64,000 nt of DNA from Ramlibacter sp. (GCA_035526975.1 DATLBJ010000218.1:25612-89611); one strand, 5' to 3'; positions 23,197-37,866 are shown, counted from the stretch's first letter. Notes: generated from the letters alone by a model not told the origin. Made by a program: numbers and translations.

Positions 23197-23988
23197 CTAC
23201 GCACGTTTCGGGTCCGGGTACATCAGCTGCTTGAGCCCGAGCAGGCCCTGGCGCTCGAACGGCCGCCACCAGCCTTCGGCTTGCGACAGGCGATCCGCTA
23301 TCGCCCACCACGCACTCGGGTTCACGCCCATGCCGATGTGGCTCGCCACCACTTCGATGTTTTCGGTGCGGTTGTGGCCGAACGCGGGGTCCTGCACGCT
23401 GCCTCGCCACGCGACGATGCCGTCGGTGCGCGAATAGATGCTCGTCGTCGGCACCGGCGGCGCGACGTGCAGGTCGTACTTCTCGTTCTGGGCTTCGATG
23501 TCCATGCCCGTCGCGAATTCGTACACGCGCCACGCGTTGGTGGACTTCGGCGGACCCGCAAACGGTGTGCCGAGCGTGATCACGGCGCGGACCATGTCCG
23601 GCCGTTGCTTCGCAAGCTCGCGCGCGTACACGCCGCCCAGGCTCCATCCGATCAGGCTGACCTTGCGGCCCGAACGCGCGTGCGCGTCCTCGAGGTTGCG
23701 CCGTGCCGTTTCGAGCACTCCGTCGCGCGGGCCGAAGTTGAAGCCCTGGCTCCAGCCTTCGGTCGCGTAGCCGAGCGACTGGAGGTAGCCGCGCAGCGGA
23801 AACGTCGAGGGATCGCTCGCAGCGAGCCCCGGGAACACGAGCACCGGATGACCATCGCCCGCCGGCGCGCGCTGCAGCAGCGGCCACGCCGGAAAGACGG
23901 AGCCAAATTCAAGCGGCGCGCGAAATTCGAGCGCCAGCAGGGCGAGCCCGGGGGCGCGCAGGTCGGCGTTGTAGGGGGGTGTGGGCAT
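23197..23988 (-). CDS. Alpha/beta hydrolase (lipase-like)
   Basis: GWSLGG nucleophile elbow, ITLGTP, SRTDGIV and SHIGM; start ATG 23988. Confidence 0.88.
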   Translation of the reverse strand: MPTPPYNADLRAPGLALLALEFRAPLEFGSVFPAWPLLQRAPAGDGHPVLVFPGLAASDPSTFPLRGYLQSLGYATEGWSQGFNFGPRDGVLETARRNLEDAHARSGRKVSLIGWSLGGVYARELAKQRPDMVRAVITLGTPFAGPPKSTNAWRVYEFATGMDIEAQNEKYDLHVAPPVPTTSIYSRTDGIVAWRGSVQDPAFGHNRTENIEVVASHIGMGVNPSAWWAIADRLSQAEGWWRPFERQGLLGLKQLMYPDPKRA

Positions 23989-25441
23989 TCTTTTTTTCGA
24001 CTGCGGGTTTGAAAAGGGATTGCGCCTGGGCGAACGCATGCTCGATCGCCGCGGCGAGGTCGTGCACGTGCGGGACCGCCCGCGGGCAACCCACGATGCC
24101 GAAGTCCACGCTGCCGGCGTAAGTCTGCACGGTGATGTTGAGCGCCATGCCGTGCATGATGATGGAGATCGGGTGGAAGGTTCGCATGCGCGCGCCCGCG
24201 AGGTACAGGGGAACCTGGGGGCCGGGCACGTTGCTGATCGCGAGATTCGCAAGCGCGGGCAGTTTTTCGGCGATGCCGCTCTTGCCGTACGTGCGGAACA
24301 ATGCCTTGCCCGCGCCGCCCACCAGCCACGGCGCCATCAACGACGGGTAGTCGGTGGGCAACACCTGCTTGAGATTGGCGAGCGCGGCCTTCACCTTCGC
24401 GGTCGATTCCATGATCGCGTTCATGCGCTTCATCGGGTCGGCGTGATTCGTGCCGAGTTCGGCGAGCGCAATCGAAGCCTGGTTGTTCAGCTCCTTGTTG
24501 CTCTCTTCGCGCAGGCTCACGGGCATCGCGGCGACGAGCGGCTTTTTCGGGATGTGGTCGTGCTTTGCAAGGTAATCGCGCAGCGCCGTGGAGCACAGCC
24601 AGAGCACGACGTCGTTGAACGAGCCGCCGACGGCCTTGGCCATCACGCGGCATTCCGCGAAGGGCACCGCCGCGGTTGCGAACACGCGGTCCTTCGTGAT
24701 CCCGGAATTGAACAGGGTGCGGGGCGCAAGTCCCACCGGCGACTTCACGTTCGTCACCGCGGACTTCGCCTGGCCCGCGACAGCGCCGCCCACGGACGTC
24801 ACCGCTGCGGGCAACGAGCGCGCAATCTTCGCGTACTGCGCCAGCGAATTCGAGAACACCGCGCCGATCATGTCGCCGATCTTCAGGTCGCCTGCGGCGC
24901 GGCGCTTGTGTGCCGGATCGGGCGGGGGCACTTCGCGCGGCTGCTCGGTGAGGTCGAGGATGGCATTGGCGAGCACGGTGCCGCCCTTGCCGTCGAGTGC
25001 CGCGTGATGGATCTTCGAATAGAACGCGACCAGCTTTCCTTCGAAGGCGGAGCCCGCCGCGGGCTTGACGTTCTCGAAGATGTGGAACTCCCACAGCGGG
25101 TGCTCGCGGTCGATGAGCCTGGAATGCAGCTTGGCCGCGGCCGCCTCGACCTGGCGGACCGTCAGTGCGCCTCCGGGGGCCTTGCGGATATGGAACTCGA
25201 GGTCGACCGCGTCGGCTTCCACCCACACCGGGTGGCCGAGGTCGAATGGCATGAACGCGAGGCGGCGCGAAAAGATCGGCGCGAGGTGCATGCGCCGGCC
25301 GATGTGCTCGCGCACGGCCTTGGTGAAGCTGCCCTTGGCGCCTTTCGGGAGCTCGTACAGGTGCAACGAGCCCACGTGCATCGGCGTCTCCGCCGTCTCC
25401 AGGTACAGGAAGGTCGCGTCCAGTCCGCTGAGTGTCTTCAT
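23909..25441 (-). CDS. Wax ester synthase/diacylglycerol acyltransferase (WS/DGAT)
   Basis: FLYLETAETPMHVG, catalytic HHAALDG and ISNVPGP motifs. Confidence 0.92.
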   Translation of the reverse strand: MKTLSGLDATFLYLETAETPMHVGSLHLYELPKGAKGSFTKAVREHIGRRMHLAPIFSRRLAFMPFDLGHPVWVEADAVDLEFHIRKAPGGALTVRQVEAAAAKLHSRLIDREHPLWEFHIFENVKPAAGSAFEGKLVAFYSKIHHAALDGKGGTVLANAILDLTEQPREVPPPDPAHKRRAAGDLKIGDMIGAVFSNSLAQYAKIARSLPAAVTSVGGAVAGQAKSAVTNVKSPVGLAPRTLFNSGITKDRVFATAAVPFAECRVMAKAVGGSFNDVVLWLCSTALRDYLAKHDHIPKKPLVAAMPVSLREESNKELNNQASIALAELGTNHADPMKRMNAIMESTAKVKAALANLKQVLPTDYPSLMAPWLVGGAGKALFRTYGKSGIAEKLPALANLAISNVPGPQVPLYLAGARMRTFHPISIIMHGMALNITVQTYAGSVDFGIVGCPRAVPHVHDLAAAIEHAFAQAQSLFKPAVEKKNAHTPLQRRPARPRARPAGARISRAA

Positions 25442-25504
25442 CCCGCTCTTCTCCTGGGAGGAGATTAGACCTGCCCCAAGGGCCCGTTCCCTAGGGCAAA
25501 CGCT

Positions 25505-26683
25505 CTAGCCGTGTTCCCCAGGTGACTGCCGGAACGGAGACCGCTCTTCGAGGTGCTCCATGTAGTTGTCGATGCCGCGGCCTTCGCGCTGCAGGAACTT
25601 GTCGACTGCGTCCGCGAAGGCCGGATGCGCGAGCCAATGCGCGCTGGTGGTCTTGACGGGCATCAGCGCGCGCGCCATCTTGTGTTCGCCCTGTGCGCCG
25701 CCCTCGAAGCGGGCGAAGCCGTGCTCGATGCACCATTGCAGCGGCTGGTAGTAGCACGCCTCGAAGTGCAGGCAGTCCACTCGCTCCAGTGCGCCCCAGT
25801 AGCGGCCATAGGCGATCTTCGCGCCGGCGCGCTCCTCCAGTGCAACCAGGCTCGAGGCGATGGGTTTGCCATTGCGCTGCGCGATGAAGAGCAGCCACAT
25901 CTGCGGCATCTCTTTCGCAATGCGCCGGAAGAAATCCCGCGTGAGGTAAGGGGCGTTGCCGTGCTCGAGGTAGGTGCGTTCGTAGCAGCGACAGAAGAAA
26001 TTCCATTCTTCCTCGCCGATGTCGTCTCCCCGCGCCCAGCGGAAGGTCACACCCGCGTCGTGGACCTTGCGCCTTTCCTGGCGGATCTTCTTGCGCTTGT
26101 CGTGTGCAAGGCTGGCGAGAAACTCGTCGAAGCTGCCCCAGCCTCCATTCATCCAATGGAACTGGACGTTGTGGCGCAGCATCATCCCGGCTTCTTCGCA
26201 TGCGCGGGCTTCTTCGTCGGTGACGAAGAGCAGGTGCAGCGACGACAGCTCCTGTGCGCTCGACCACTCCAGCACGGCCTTGGCCAGGGCGCGGCGTGCA
26301 TGCGCATCGCGTGCCAGCAAGCGTGAACCGGGCACCGGCGTGAACGGCACCGCGACAACAGCCTTCGGGTAGTACGCGAGCCCGTGCTGTTCATAGGCAC
26401 TGGCCCAGGCCCAGTCGAAGACGTATTCCCCGTACGAGTGCGACTTCAAGTACACGGCGCTTGCCGCATGCATTTCATCGCCGCGCCACAGGGTGATGAA
26501 GCGGGGCGTCCATCCCGTGCGGGCAATGGCGCTTTTGCTTTCGTGGAGCGCACGCAGGTATTCGTGCCGCATGAAGGGCGTCGGTTCTTCCTGCTCTGCC
26601 AGCAGCGCGTTCCACTCGCGAGGCTCGACCTCACCCGGCGCGGAGAGCACACGGGTGACATAATCGTTTGCGATCTTCCTCAC
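25505..26683 (-). CDS. FemAB-like GNAT acyltransferase (DUF482-type)
   Basis: KSHSYGEYVFDWAWA, YGRYWG, LHFEACYYQ and GAQGEHKMAR motifs. Confidence 0.85.
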   Translation of the reverse strand: MRKIANDYVTRVLSAPGEVEPREWNALLAEQEEPTPFMRHEYLRALHESKSAIARTGWTPRFITLWRGDEMHAASAVYLKSHSYGEYVFDWAWASAYEQHGLAYYPKAVVAVPFTPVPGSRLLARDAHARRALAKAVLEWSSAQELSSLHLLFVTDEEARACEEAGMMLRHNVQFHWMNGGWGSFDEFLASLAHDKRKKIRQERRKVHDAGVTFRWARGDDIGEEEWNFFCRCYERTYLEHGNAPYLTRDFFRRIAKEMPQMWLLFIAQRNGKPIASSLVALEERAGAKIAYGRYWGALERVDCLHFEACYYQPLQWCIEHGFARFEGGAQGEHKMARALMPVKTTSAHWLAHPAFADAVDKFLQREGRGIDNYMEHLEERSPFRQSPGEHG

Positions 26684-26689
26684 GCTCTC

Positions 26690-29292
<2,603 letters not shown>

Positions 29293-29296
<4 letters not shown>

Positions 29297-29700
29297 GCGA
29301 AGAACCTTGCGTGGATCGCGGCGGCCCAGATCCCGCCGCACAGCACGAGGGACAGCAACACGGCGGCGCTGCCCATGTCCTTCGCGCGTTTCGACAGCAC
29401 GTGCCATTCGGGGCCGATGCGGTCCACGGCCGCTTCGATGCCGGTGTTCAGCAGCTCCACGATCAGCACGAGCAGCACCGATCCTGCGAGCAAGGCGCCT
29501 TCGGTCCAGCCGTGTGCCAGCCAGAGCGCGAACGGGATGAGCACGATGGCAGCGATTGCCTCCTGCCGGAAAGCGGTTTCATCCCAGCCTGCACGCAGAC
29601 CCGCGAAAGAAAAACCCGCGGCGTGCCATACGCGATCGAGTCCGGAGCGCAGTTTTTGCTGCTCGGCGGGCGAGACAAGAGTTTCGGGCGGAAGGGACAT
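29293..29700 (-). CDS. dgkA: Diacylglycerol kinase
   Basis: ETAFRQE, ELLNTGIEAAVD and AKDMGSAAV motifs. Confidence 0.93.
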
Positions 29701-29736
29701 GCGACGATTGTCGCGCAGGCGCGTCGATCGCGAAGG

Positions 29737-30228
29737 TCAGGCGTCGACGAGGCGCGTGCCGCTTGCGACGTCGTGCCAGAACTGCCGGTCGCTGCGCAAC
29801 AAGCTGGCGAGCGACCACAGCGCGATCCATGCAATTAGAGCGGCGGCATCGGTTCCGAGAGCGGCGGAAAGCGAAGGCGCATGGGGCGCAAGCGCAGCGG
29901 CGAGCGCGAGCGGCGGCGCAACCCAGACCCATGCAAGGACGTAGCGCACGCACGCACGCCCCCAACGTGGGGGCTGGCCCGAAAGATCGACGATGCGGAT
30001 CTTCCATGCGCGCATCGCGAGGGTCTGGCCGTTGCGCCAGCAATAGGTGAAGTAACCCCCGAGCGAGGCGAACGTGAGTGCGAGCAGAAGCGGGCGCTGC
30101 GCGCCGAAGGAAGGGACGGCGACGGATGCGAGCGAGAAGACCGCAACCACCACGAGCCCGAGAGACACGATGACGAGCGTTTCGTACAGCAGGCTCGCAA
30201 GCCTGCGCCGCAACGTCGGGGCGGTCAC
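29737..30228 (-). CDS. RDD family membrane protein
   Basis: RRLASLLYE, GQTLAMRAW and WHDVASGT. Confidence 0.85.
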   Translation of the reverse strand: MTAPTLRRRLASLLYETLVIVSLGLVVVAVFSLASVAVPSFGAQRPLLLALTFASLGGYFTYCWRNGQTLAMRAWKIRIVDLSGQPPRWGRACVRYVLAWVWVAPPLALAAALAPHAPSLSAALGTDAAALIAWIALWSLASLLRSDRQFWHDVASGTRLVDA

Positions 30229-30978
30229 TTAATCCGGTGTGCCGGCTTGCGGCGGCAGCGGATGCGCCGGGGGAGGGGGCGGAACGAGAAGTTGCGGCGG
30301 CGGCAGCGGTGCCGGCAGCAGCGTGTTGTGGTCCACCTGGTTCGGCGCGGCCGCGATGCGCGGAGCCTTCGTCTCGGGATTCGGGGCCGTGGAACGCGAG
30401 CGCTGGGGCACGGACGCGAGCTTTTCACGCGGGACCGGCTTGATCGCGGCAGCAGTGGTGGGCGGCTTGGGCGACGTGGACTTCGCTGCGAGCGCCTTCT
30501 TTTCTTCGGGTGACAGCGCCTGGTACTGCTCCCACTTGGCCTTCTTGTCGTCCGGCGCGAGCTTCTTCGTTTCGCCGTAGTTCAGCCGCGCCATCGTGCG
30601 CTGCTGCGGGCTGAGCGTGACCCATTCGGTCATGCGGCTGTGCAACTTGGCCTGCTCGTCACCCGACATCTTGGGGAAGTTGGCCGACATCGCGATCCAC
30701 TTGCGCTTCTGCGCCTCGTTCAGGGTGTCCCATTGCGCGGAAAGCGGTGCCAGTGCCTTCTGCTGGCCCGGCGCGAGCTCACGCCAGAGGGGATGCGTGT
30801 CGGGGCGGGGGGCGGCGGCCGTCTTCGCGCCGCGCGTTGCAACAGGTGCGTGCGACGAAGCAGCAGGGGCTGCGGCGCGGGCAGCGGGCGGCGGGGCAGA
30901 GGGAGGTGTCTGTGCGGCGGCCCAGCCGGCCCAAGCCAGGGCAGCTGCGATCCAGGAAATCGCGCGGGGCGTTCTCAT
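30229..30978 (-). CDS. DUF3106-like periplasmic protein
   Basis: Signal peptide; repeated W/Y-xxLSPxQ/E helices; within the ECF sigma operon. Confidence 0.75.
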   Translation of the reverse strand: MRTPRAISWIAAALAWAGWAAAQTPPSAPPPAARAAAPAASSHAPVATRGAKTAAAPRPDTHPLWRELAPGQQKALAPLSAQWDTLNEAQKRKWIAMSANFPKMSGDEQAKLHSRMTEWVTLSPQQRTMARLNYGETKKLAPDDKKAKWEQYQALSPEEKKALAAKSTSPKPPTTAAAIKPVPREKLASVPQRSRSTAPNPETKAPRIAAAPNQVDHNTLLPAPLPPPQLLVPPPPPAHPLPPQAGTPD

Positions 30979-30990
30979 CGCTCGCCCCGG

Positions 30991-31416
30991 CTATTCCTTG
31001 GTGCCGGATTGCTTGAGGTACTGGATGAAGCCCGGGTCGGCGTAGGCCGAGGGCGGAAGATCGTCCGTCAGGAGGGCGGCGTCGACTTCCGCCACCTCAT
31101 TGGCACGGGTCTCGTTCTGGACCGAGTGGATCAGGATGAGGCCCGCAGCCAGCGCGATGATCGGCAGCACCGATGCCAGGCGATGGAGCCAGGAAACGCC
31201 TTCGTCTGCCGTGAGCGTGGCAGCGCCGCCTGAGCCCGACACCACTGCGGCGGTGCGCAGCCCCGCGATGCGCTTGCGCTTGGCCACGGCCTGCATGCGC
31301 GCGGCGCGCAGGCGCTCGGAAATCTCGTACGGCAGCTCTGCCGTGCCGAATGCGAGGCGCGCGGCGACCTGCCGACCGAAGCGGTCTTGCGAGGCGGTGA
31401 GCTGGTTGGTGTTCAT
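30991..31416 (-). CDS. DUF3619-like membrane protein, putative anti-sigma factor
   Basis: ERLRAARMQA, one transmembrane helix, DAALLTDDLPPSAYADPGF; overlaps the sigma gene stop. Confidence 0.78.
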   Translation of the reverse strand: MNTNQLTASQDRFGRQVAARLAFGTAELPYEISERLRAARMQAVAKRKRIAGLRTAAVVSGSGGAATLTADEGVSWLHRLASVLPIIALAAGLILIHSVQNETRANEVAEVDAALLTDDLPPSAYADPGFIQYLKQSGTKE

Positions 31417-31979
31417 AGTTGTATACCTTTTGCCTTCAGTGCTTTGCTGAGGGCCGCGACCGCCCGTGAGCAGTGCGTCTTGACACTGCCTTCCGAACAG
31501 CCCATGGCCGCCGCCGTCTCGGCCACGTCCATGTCCTCCCAGTAACGCATCAGGAAGGCCTCTCGTTGACGGGCCGGCAACTGCTGGATCTCGAGTTCGA
31601 TTTCACGCAGGATTTGTGCCCGCCGCGTATGGTCTTCGGCGCTCTCTGCCTGTTGGGACCCTTCCTCGGCCGTGAAAGTTTCCAGCAGGTCGAAATCTCC
31701 GTCGTCCGACGCGCTTTCGAAGTCGCTCATGTTGGAAAACAGGGCGTTTCGGGTCTTTTGCCGACGAAAGTAGTCCAGCGTGCAGTTGGACAGGATGCGC
31801 TGGAACAGCATAGGGAGCTCTTCGGGCGGCTTGTCGCCGTAGTGCTCGGCGAGCTTCATCATCGCGTCCTGGACGATGTCCAGCGCCGCTTCCTGGTCGC
31901 GCACGTGGTACACGGCGCGCTTGAACGCCCGCTTCTCGACGCTTTTGAGGAATCCGGAGAGTTCTTGTTCGGTGGCCAA
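31413..31979 (-). CDS. ECF RNA polymerase sigma factor
   Basis: Region 2 ALDIVQDAMMKL; region 4 LPARQREAFLMRYWEDM...GSVKTHCSRA. Confidence 0.92.
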   Translation of the reverse strand: MATEQELSGFLKSVEKRAFKRAVYHVRDQEAALDIVQDAMMKLAEHYGDKPPEELPMLFQRILSNCTLDYFRRQKTRNALFSNMSDFESASDDGDFDLLETFTAEEGSQQAESAEDHTRRAQILREIELEIQQLPARQREAFLMRYWEDMDVAETAAAMGCSEGSVKTHCSRAVAALSKALKAKGIQL

Positions 31980-32241
31980 GGAAAAAGCGGCTGACGACCT
32001 TCGGGCAGGGGCGCGGTTCTACGCGGCGGCGCGGATTATCGCATCGCCCTTACAAATGAACTTTCGCATTGCTGTGTTGCAGTGCGATAATGCGGCTGCA
32101 ATCCAACAAGGCAAACGAGCCTTGGTCCGGCGGCGCAATCAGCCCGCCCATGGCCACTGGTTCAAAGTCCCGCACCGGCGCCACAAGCGTCCGCGAGGGG
32201 CACCTAAGGTTTTCTCTTTGAGAAATTCGCAAAGGTTCATC

Positions 32242-34026
32242 ATGGAAATCTCGAAAGCGGAGATCACCTCCGCGGCCGCCGCTTCGGCGGGCAACGCAAG
32301 CAGCCCTCCCGAACTTCGCGGCGCCGAAATCCTCGTCAAGGCACTGCAGGCCGAAGGCGTCAAGTACGTCTGGGGCTACCCGGGCGGCGCGGTGCTGCAC
32401 ATCTACGACGCGTTCTACAAGCAGGACACCATCCAGCACGTCTTGGTGCGCCATGAGCAGGCTGCGGTGCACGCGGCCGATGGCTATGCGCGGGCCACGG
32501 GCGACGTGGGCGTTGCGCTGGTGACGTCGGGTCCCGGCGTGACCAACGCGGTCACCGGCATCGCAACGGCGTACATGGATTCGATCCCGATGGTGATCAT
32601 CACCGGCCAGGTGCCGGTGCCCGCCATCGGCCTCGACGCATTCCAGGAGTGCGACACGGTCGGCATCACGCGCCCTGTGGTCAAGCACAACTTCCTGGTG
32701 AAGGACGTGCGGCAGATGGCGGAAGTGCTCAAGAAGGCCTTCCACATCGCCCGCAGCGGGCGCCCCGGCCCCGTCGTCGTCGACATCCCGAAGGACGTCT
32801 CGTTCAACAAGACCGTGTACACGGGCTATCCCGACAAGGTCGAGATGCGCTCGTACAACCCGGTGCGCAAGGGGCACGGCGGCCAGATCCGCAAGGCGCT
32901 GCAGTTGTTGATGGCGGCCAAGCGCCCCTACATCTACACGGGCGGCGGCGTCGTCCTGGGCAATGCGAGCGAAGAGTTGCGCACGCTCGTCGACATGCTC
33001 GGCTACCCGGTGACGAACACCCTCATGGGCCTGGGCTCATATCCGGCGCGCGACCCCAAGTTCCTCGGCATGCTCGGCATGCACGGCACGCTCGAAGCGA
33101 ACAACGCGATGCAGAACTGCGACGTGCTGCTCGCCGTCGGTGCGCGTTTCGACGACCGCGTGATCGGCAACCCGAAGCACTTCGCGCAGAACGAACGCAA
33201 GATCATCCACATCGACATCGACCCCTCGAGCATTTCAAAGCGCGTGAAGGTCGACATCCCCATCGTCGGCGACGTCAAGGACGTCCTGACGGACCTGATT
33301 TCGATGGTGCGCGAGTCCGGCACCAAGCCCGACCCGGCCGCGCTCAACGACTGGTGGAAGCAGATCAACGAGTGGCGCCAGCGGGATTGCCTGAAGTACG
33401 ACCGCAAGAACACCGAAGTGATCAAGCCGCAGGCGGTGGTCGAGACGTTGTGGAACATGACGAAGAACGACGACGTGTACATCACGTCGGACGTCGGGCA
33501 GCACCAGATGTGGGCCGCGCAGTACTACCGCTTCGACGAGCCGCGCCGCTGGATCAACTCGGGCGGCCTCGGGACGATGGGCGTCGGCATTCCGTACGCA
33601 ATGGGCATCAAGCTCGCCAAGCCGAAAAGCGAGGTGTTCTGCATCACGGGGGAAGGCTCGGTGCAGATGTGCATCCAGGAGCTCTCCACCTGCCTGCAGT
33701 ACAACACGCCGATCAAGATCGTCTCGCTGAACAACCGCTACCTCGGCATGGTGCGCCAGTGGCAGGAGATCGATTACGAGGGCCGCTACAGCCACAGCTA
33801 CATGGACGCGCTGCCCAACTTCGTGAAGCTGGCCGAGGCCTACGGGCACATCGGCATGCTCATCGAGCACGCGCGCGACATCGAGCCGGCGCTGCGCGAG
33901 GCGCGCAAGCTCAAGGACCGGACGGTGTTCATGGATTTCCGCACCGACCCGACCGAGAACGTCTTCCCGATGGTGAAGGCGGGCAAGGGCATCACCGAGA
34001 TGCTGCTCGGCAGCGAAGACCTCTAA
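32242..34026 (+). CDS. ilvI: Acetolactate synthase large subunit
   Basis: GYPGGAVL, VRHEQ, SDVGQHQMW and GMVRQWQ motifs; start ATG 32242. Confidence 0.93.
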   Translation: MEISKAEITSAAAASAGNASSPPELRGAEILVKALQAEGVKYVWGYPGGAVLHIYDAFYKQDTIQHVLVRHEQAAVHAADGYARATGDVGVALVTSGPGVTNAVTGIATAYMDSIPMVIITGQVPVPAIGLDAFQECDTVGITRPVVKHNFLVKDVRQMAEVLKKAFHIARSGRPGPVVVDIPKDVSFNKTVYTGYPDKVEMRSYNPVRKGHGGQIRKALQLLMAAKRPYIYTGGGVVLGNASEELRTLVDMLGYPVTNTLMGLGSYPARDPKFLGMLGMHGTLEANNAMQNCDVLLAVGARFDDRVIGNPKHFAQNERKIIHIDIDPSSISKRVKVDIPIVGDVKDVLTDLISMVRESGTKPDPAALNDWWKQINEWRQRDCLKYDRKNTEVIKPQAVVETLWNMTKNDDVYITSDVGQHQMWAAQYYRFDEPRRWINSGGLGTMGVGIPYAMGIKLAKPKSEVFCITGEGSVQMCIQELSTCLQYNTPIKIVSLNNRYLGMVRQWQEIDYEGRYSHSYMDALPNFVKLAEAYGHIGMLIEHARDIEPALREARKLKDRTVFMDFRTDPTENVFPMVKAGKGITEMLLGSEDL

Positions 34027-34062
34027 CCAACGGACGTCCCGGGCTTGACCCGGGATCGTTGG
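34027..34062. repeat. Palindromic repeat copy (hairpin)
   Basis: CCAACG..TCCCGGG-CTTGA-CCCGGGA.CGTTGG immediately after the ilvI stop. Confidence 0.7.
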
Positions 34063-34074
34063 CCGACAACAAGT

Positions 34075-34140
34075 GACGAATCTATTGGCTTGCCAAGCCT
34101 GCCGCTTACCGGCGTCAGGGGAGGGCACCGAAAAGAGGAA
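34075..34140 (+). ncRNA. Probable ilvH RNA motif (cis-regulatory leader)
   Basis: GACGAATCTATTG...GGCACCGAAAAGAGGA directly 5' of ilvH; matches my recollection of the betaproteobacterial ilvH motif, not verified with a covariance model. Confidence 0.55.
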
Positions 34141-34149
34141 TCGAAGAAA

Positions 34150-34641
34150 ATGAAACACATCATCGCAGTGCTGCTGGAGAACGAGCCGGGCGCGCTCTCC
34201 CGCGTCGTGGGCCTTTTCTCGGCCCGCGGCTACAACATCGAATCGCTCACCGTGGCGCCCACGGAAGACCCGTCGCTGTCGCGCATGACCGTGCAGACGA
34301 CCGGCTCCGACGACGTCATCGAGCAGATCACGAAACACCTGAACCGGCTGATCGAAGTCGTGAAGGTCGTGGACCTCACCGAAGGCGCCTATACCGAGCG
34401 CGAGCTCATGATGGTGAAGGTGCGGGCCGTCGGCAAGGAGCGCGAGGAGATGAAGCGGATGGCGGACATCTTCCGCGGCCGCATCATCGACGTGACGGAG
34501 AAGAGCTACACCATCGAACTCACCGGCGACCAGGCCAAGAACGACGCGTTCCTGGAAGCCATCGACCGCACCGCCATCCTCGAAACGGTGCGCACCGGGT
34601 CGTCGGGCATCGGCCGCGGCGAGCGGATCCTGCGCGTTTAA
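34150..34641 (+). CDS. ilvH: Acetolactate synthase small (regulatory) subunit
   Basis: ENEPGALSRVVGLFSARGYNIESL ACT domain. Confidence 0.95.
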   Translation: MKHIIAVLLENEPGALSRVVGLFSARGYNIESLTVAPTEDPSLSRMTVQTTGSDDVIEQITKHLNRLIEVVKVVDLTEGAYTERELMMVKVRAVGKEREEMKRMADIFRGRIIDVTEKSYTIELTGDQAKNDAFLEAIDRTAILETVRTGSSGIGRGERILRV

Positions 34642-34656
34642 TTTTTTTTGGATTGA

Positions 34657-36854
<2,198 letters not shown>

Positions 36855-36896
36855 GACGTATGGTAGACCCGGTTGCGTGACTTAAACTCGGTTTCC

Positions 36897-37718
36897 ATGC
36901 ACGACGGCCACGAACACGATCACGAATTGGCGGACGGCGAGGCCGTCGTCGTGCGCAAGCGCCGCAAGGGCATCTACATCCTGCCCAACCTGTTCACGCT
37001 CGCGGCGCTGTTCGGCGGCTTCTACGCGATCGTGATGGCGATGGACGACCGCTTCGACCTTGCCGCGATCGGCATCTTCTGCGCGATGGTCCTCGACAGC
37101 CTCGACGGGCGCGTCGCCCGCATGACGAACACGCAAAGTGCGTTCGGCGAGCAGATGGATTCGCTTTCGGACATGGTGTCGTTCGGCGCCGCACCGGGGC
37201 TCGTCGCGTACGAGTGGGCGTTGAAAAGCCTCGGGCGCTGGGGCTGGGTCGCCGCTTTCGTCTATTGCGCTTGTGCGGCGCTGCGGCTGGCGCGCTTCAA
37301 CGTGAACACCACGGTCGTCGACAAGCGCTATTTCCAGGGCCTGCCATCGCCGGCCGCGGCGGCACTCGTTGCCGGATTCATCTGGCTCATGAACGACATC
37401 GGCTTCAAGGGCTACCAGCTGTCGTGGGTGATGTTCGCGGTGGCGCTCTACGCAGGCTTGACCATGGTCACGAACGTGCCGTTCTACAGCTTCAAGGACG
37501 TACGCATGAAGCAGACCGTTCCTTTCATCGTGATCGTCGCGATCGCGCTGGGAATCGCGGTGATCACCATCCAGCCGCCCGTGGTGCTGTTCTCGCTATT
37601 CGTCATCTACGGGCTGTCCGGCTACGTGGTGTACTTCTGGAAGCGCGCGAAGGGCATCCGGGCCAGCGTGATCAGCACGTCCACCGATGAGCCCGAGGAG
37701 AGCGGGCTGCACCGGTGA
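36897..37718 (+). CDS. pssA: CDP-diacylglycerol--serine O-phosphatidyltransferase
   Basis: LPNLFT, DSLDGRVARMT...DSLSDMVSFG and RLARFN motifs. Confidence 0.93.
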   Translation: MHDGHEHDHELADGEAVVVRKRRKGIYILPNLFTLAALFGGFYAIVMAMDDRFDLAAIGIFCAMVLDSLDGRVARMTNTQSAFGEQMDSLSDMVSFGAAPGLVAYEWALKSLGRWGWVAAFVYCACAALRLARFNVNTTVVDKRYFQGLPSPAAAALVAGFIWLMNDIGFKGYQLSWVMFAVALYAGLTMVTNVPFYSFKDVRMKQTVPFIVIVAIALGIAVITIQPPVVLFSLFVIYGLSGYVVYFWKRAKGIRASVISTSTDEPEESGLHR

Positions 37719-37738
37719 TCTGTGCTACATTGATGGCC

Positions 37739-37792
37739 ATGCACATGATTTCGCTGGCGCTACTTCTATCCCCCCAAGGGCGGAGACGGTAG
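37739..37792 (+). CDS. leuL: Leucine attenuator leader peptide (MHMISLALLLSPQGRRR)
   Basis: Leu codons CTG-GCG-CTA-CTT-CTA, with CTA rare in this GC-rich sequence, upstream of leuA; an in-frame ATG at 37733 is an alternative start. Confidence 0.8.
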   Translation: MHMISLALLLSPQGRRR

Positions 37793-37819
37793 CGCGCGCG
37801 TAAGAGCTTTCCCGGATCT

Positions 37820-37855
37820 GGCCCGTATGCACCCGCTACGGGCCTTTTTGTTTTT
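37820..37855 (+). terminator. Attenuator terminator
   Basis: GGCCCGTA-loop-TACGGGCC-TTTTTGTTTTT; GTAGCG at the leader stop can pair with CGCTAC as an antiterminator. Confidence 0.82.
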
Positions 37856-37866
37856 GGAGCCGACCC

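Noticed and set aside
32050-32241. Possible ilv attenuator upstream of ilvI
   Set aside because: I found no Ile/Leu/Val-rich leader peptide and no clear terminator hairpin with a U tail
34642-34649. T8 homopolymer as a phase-variation tract
   Set aside because: It is intergenic between ilvH and ilvC, with no frame or promoter spacing evidently affected
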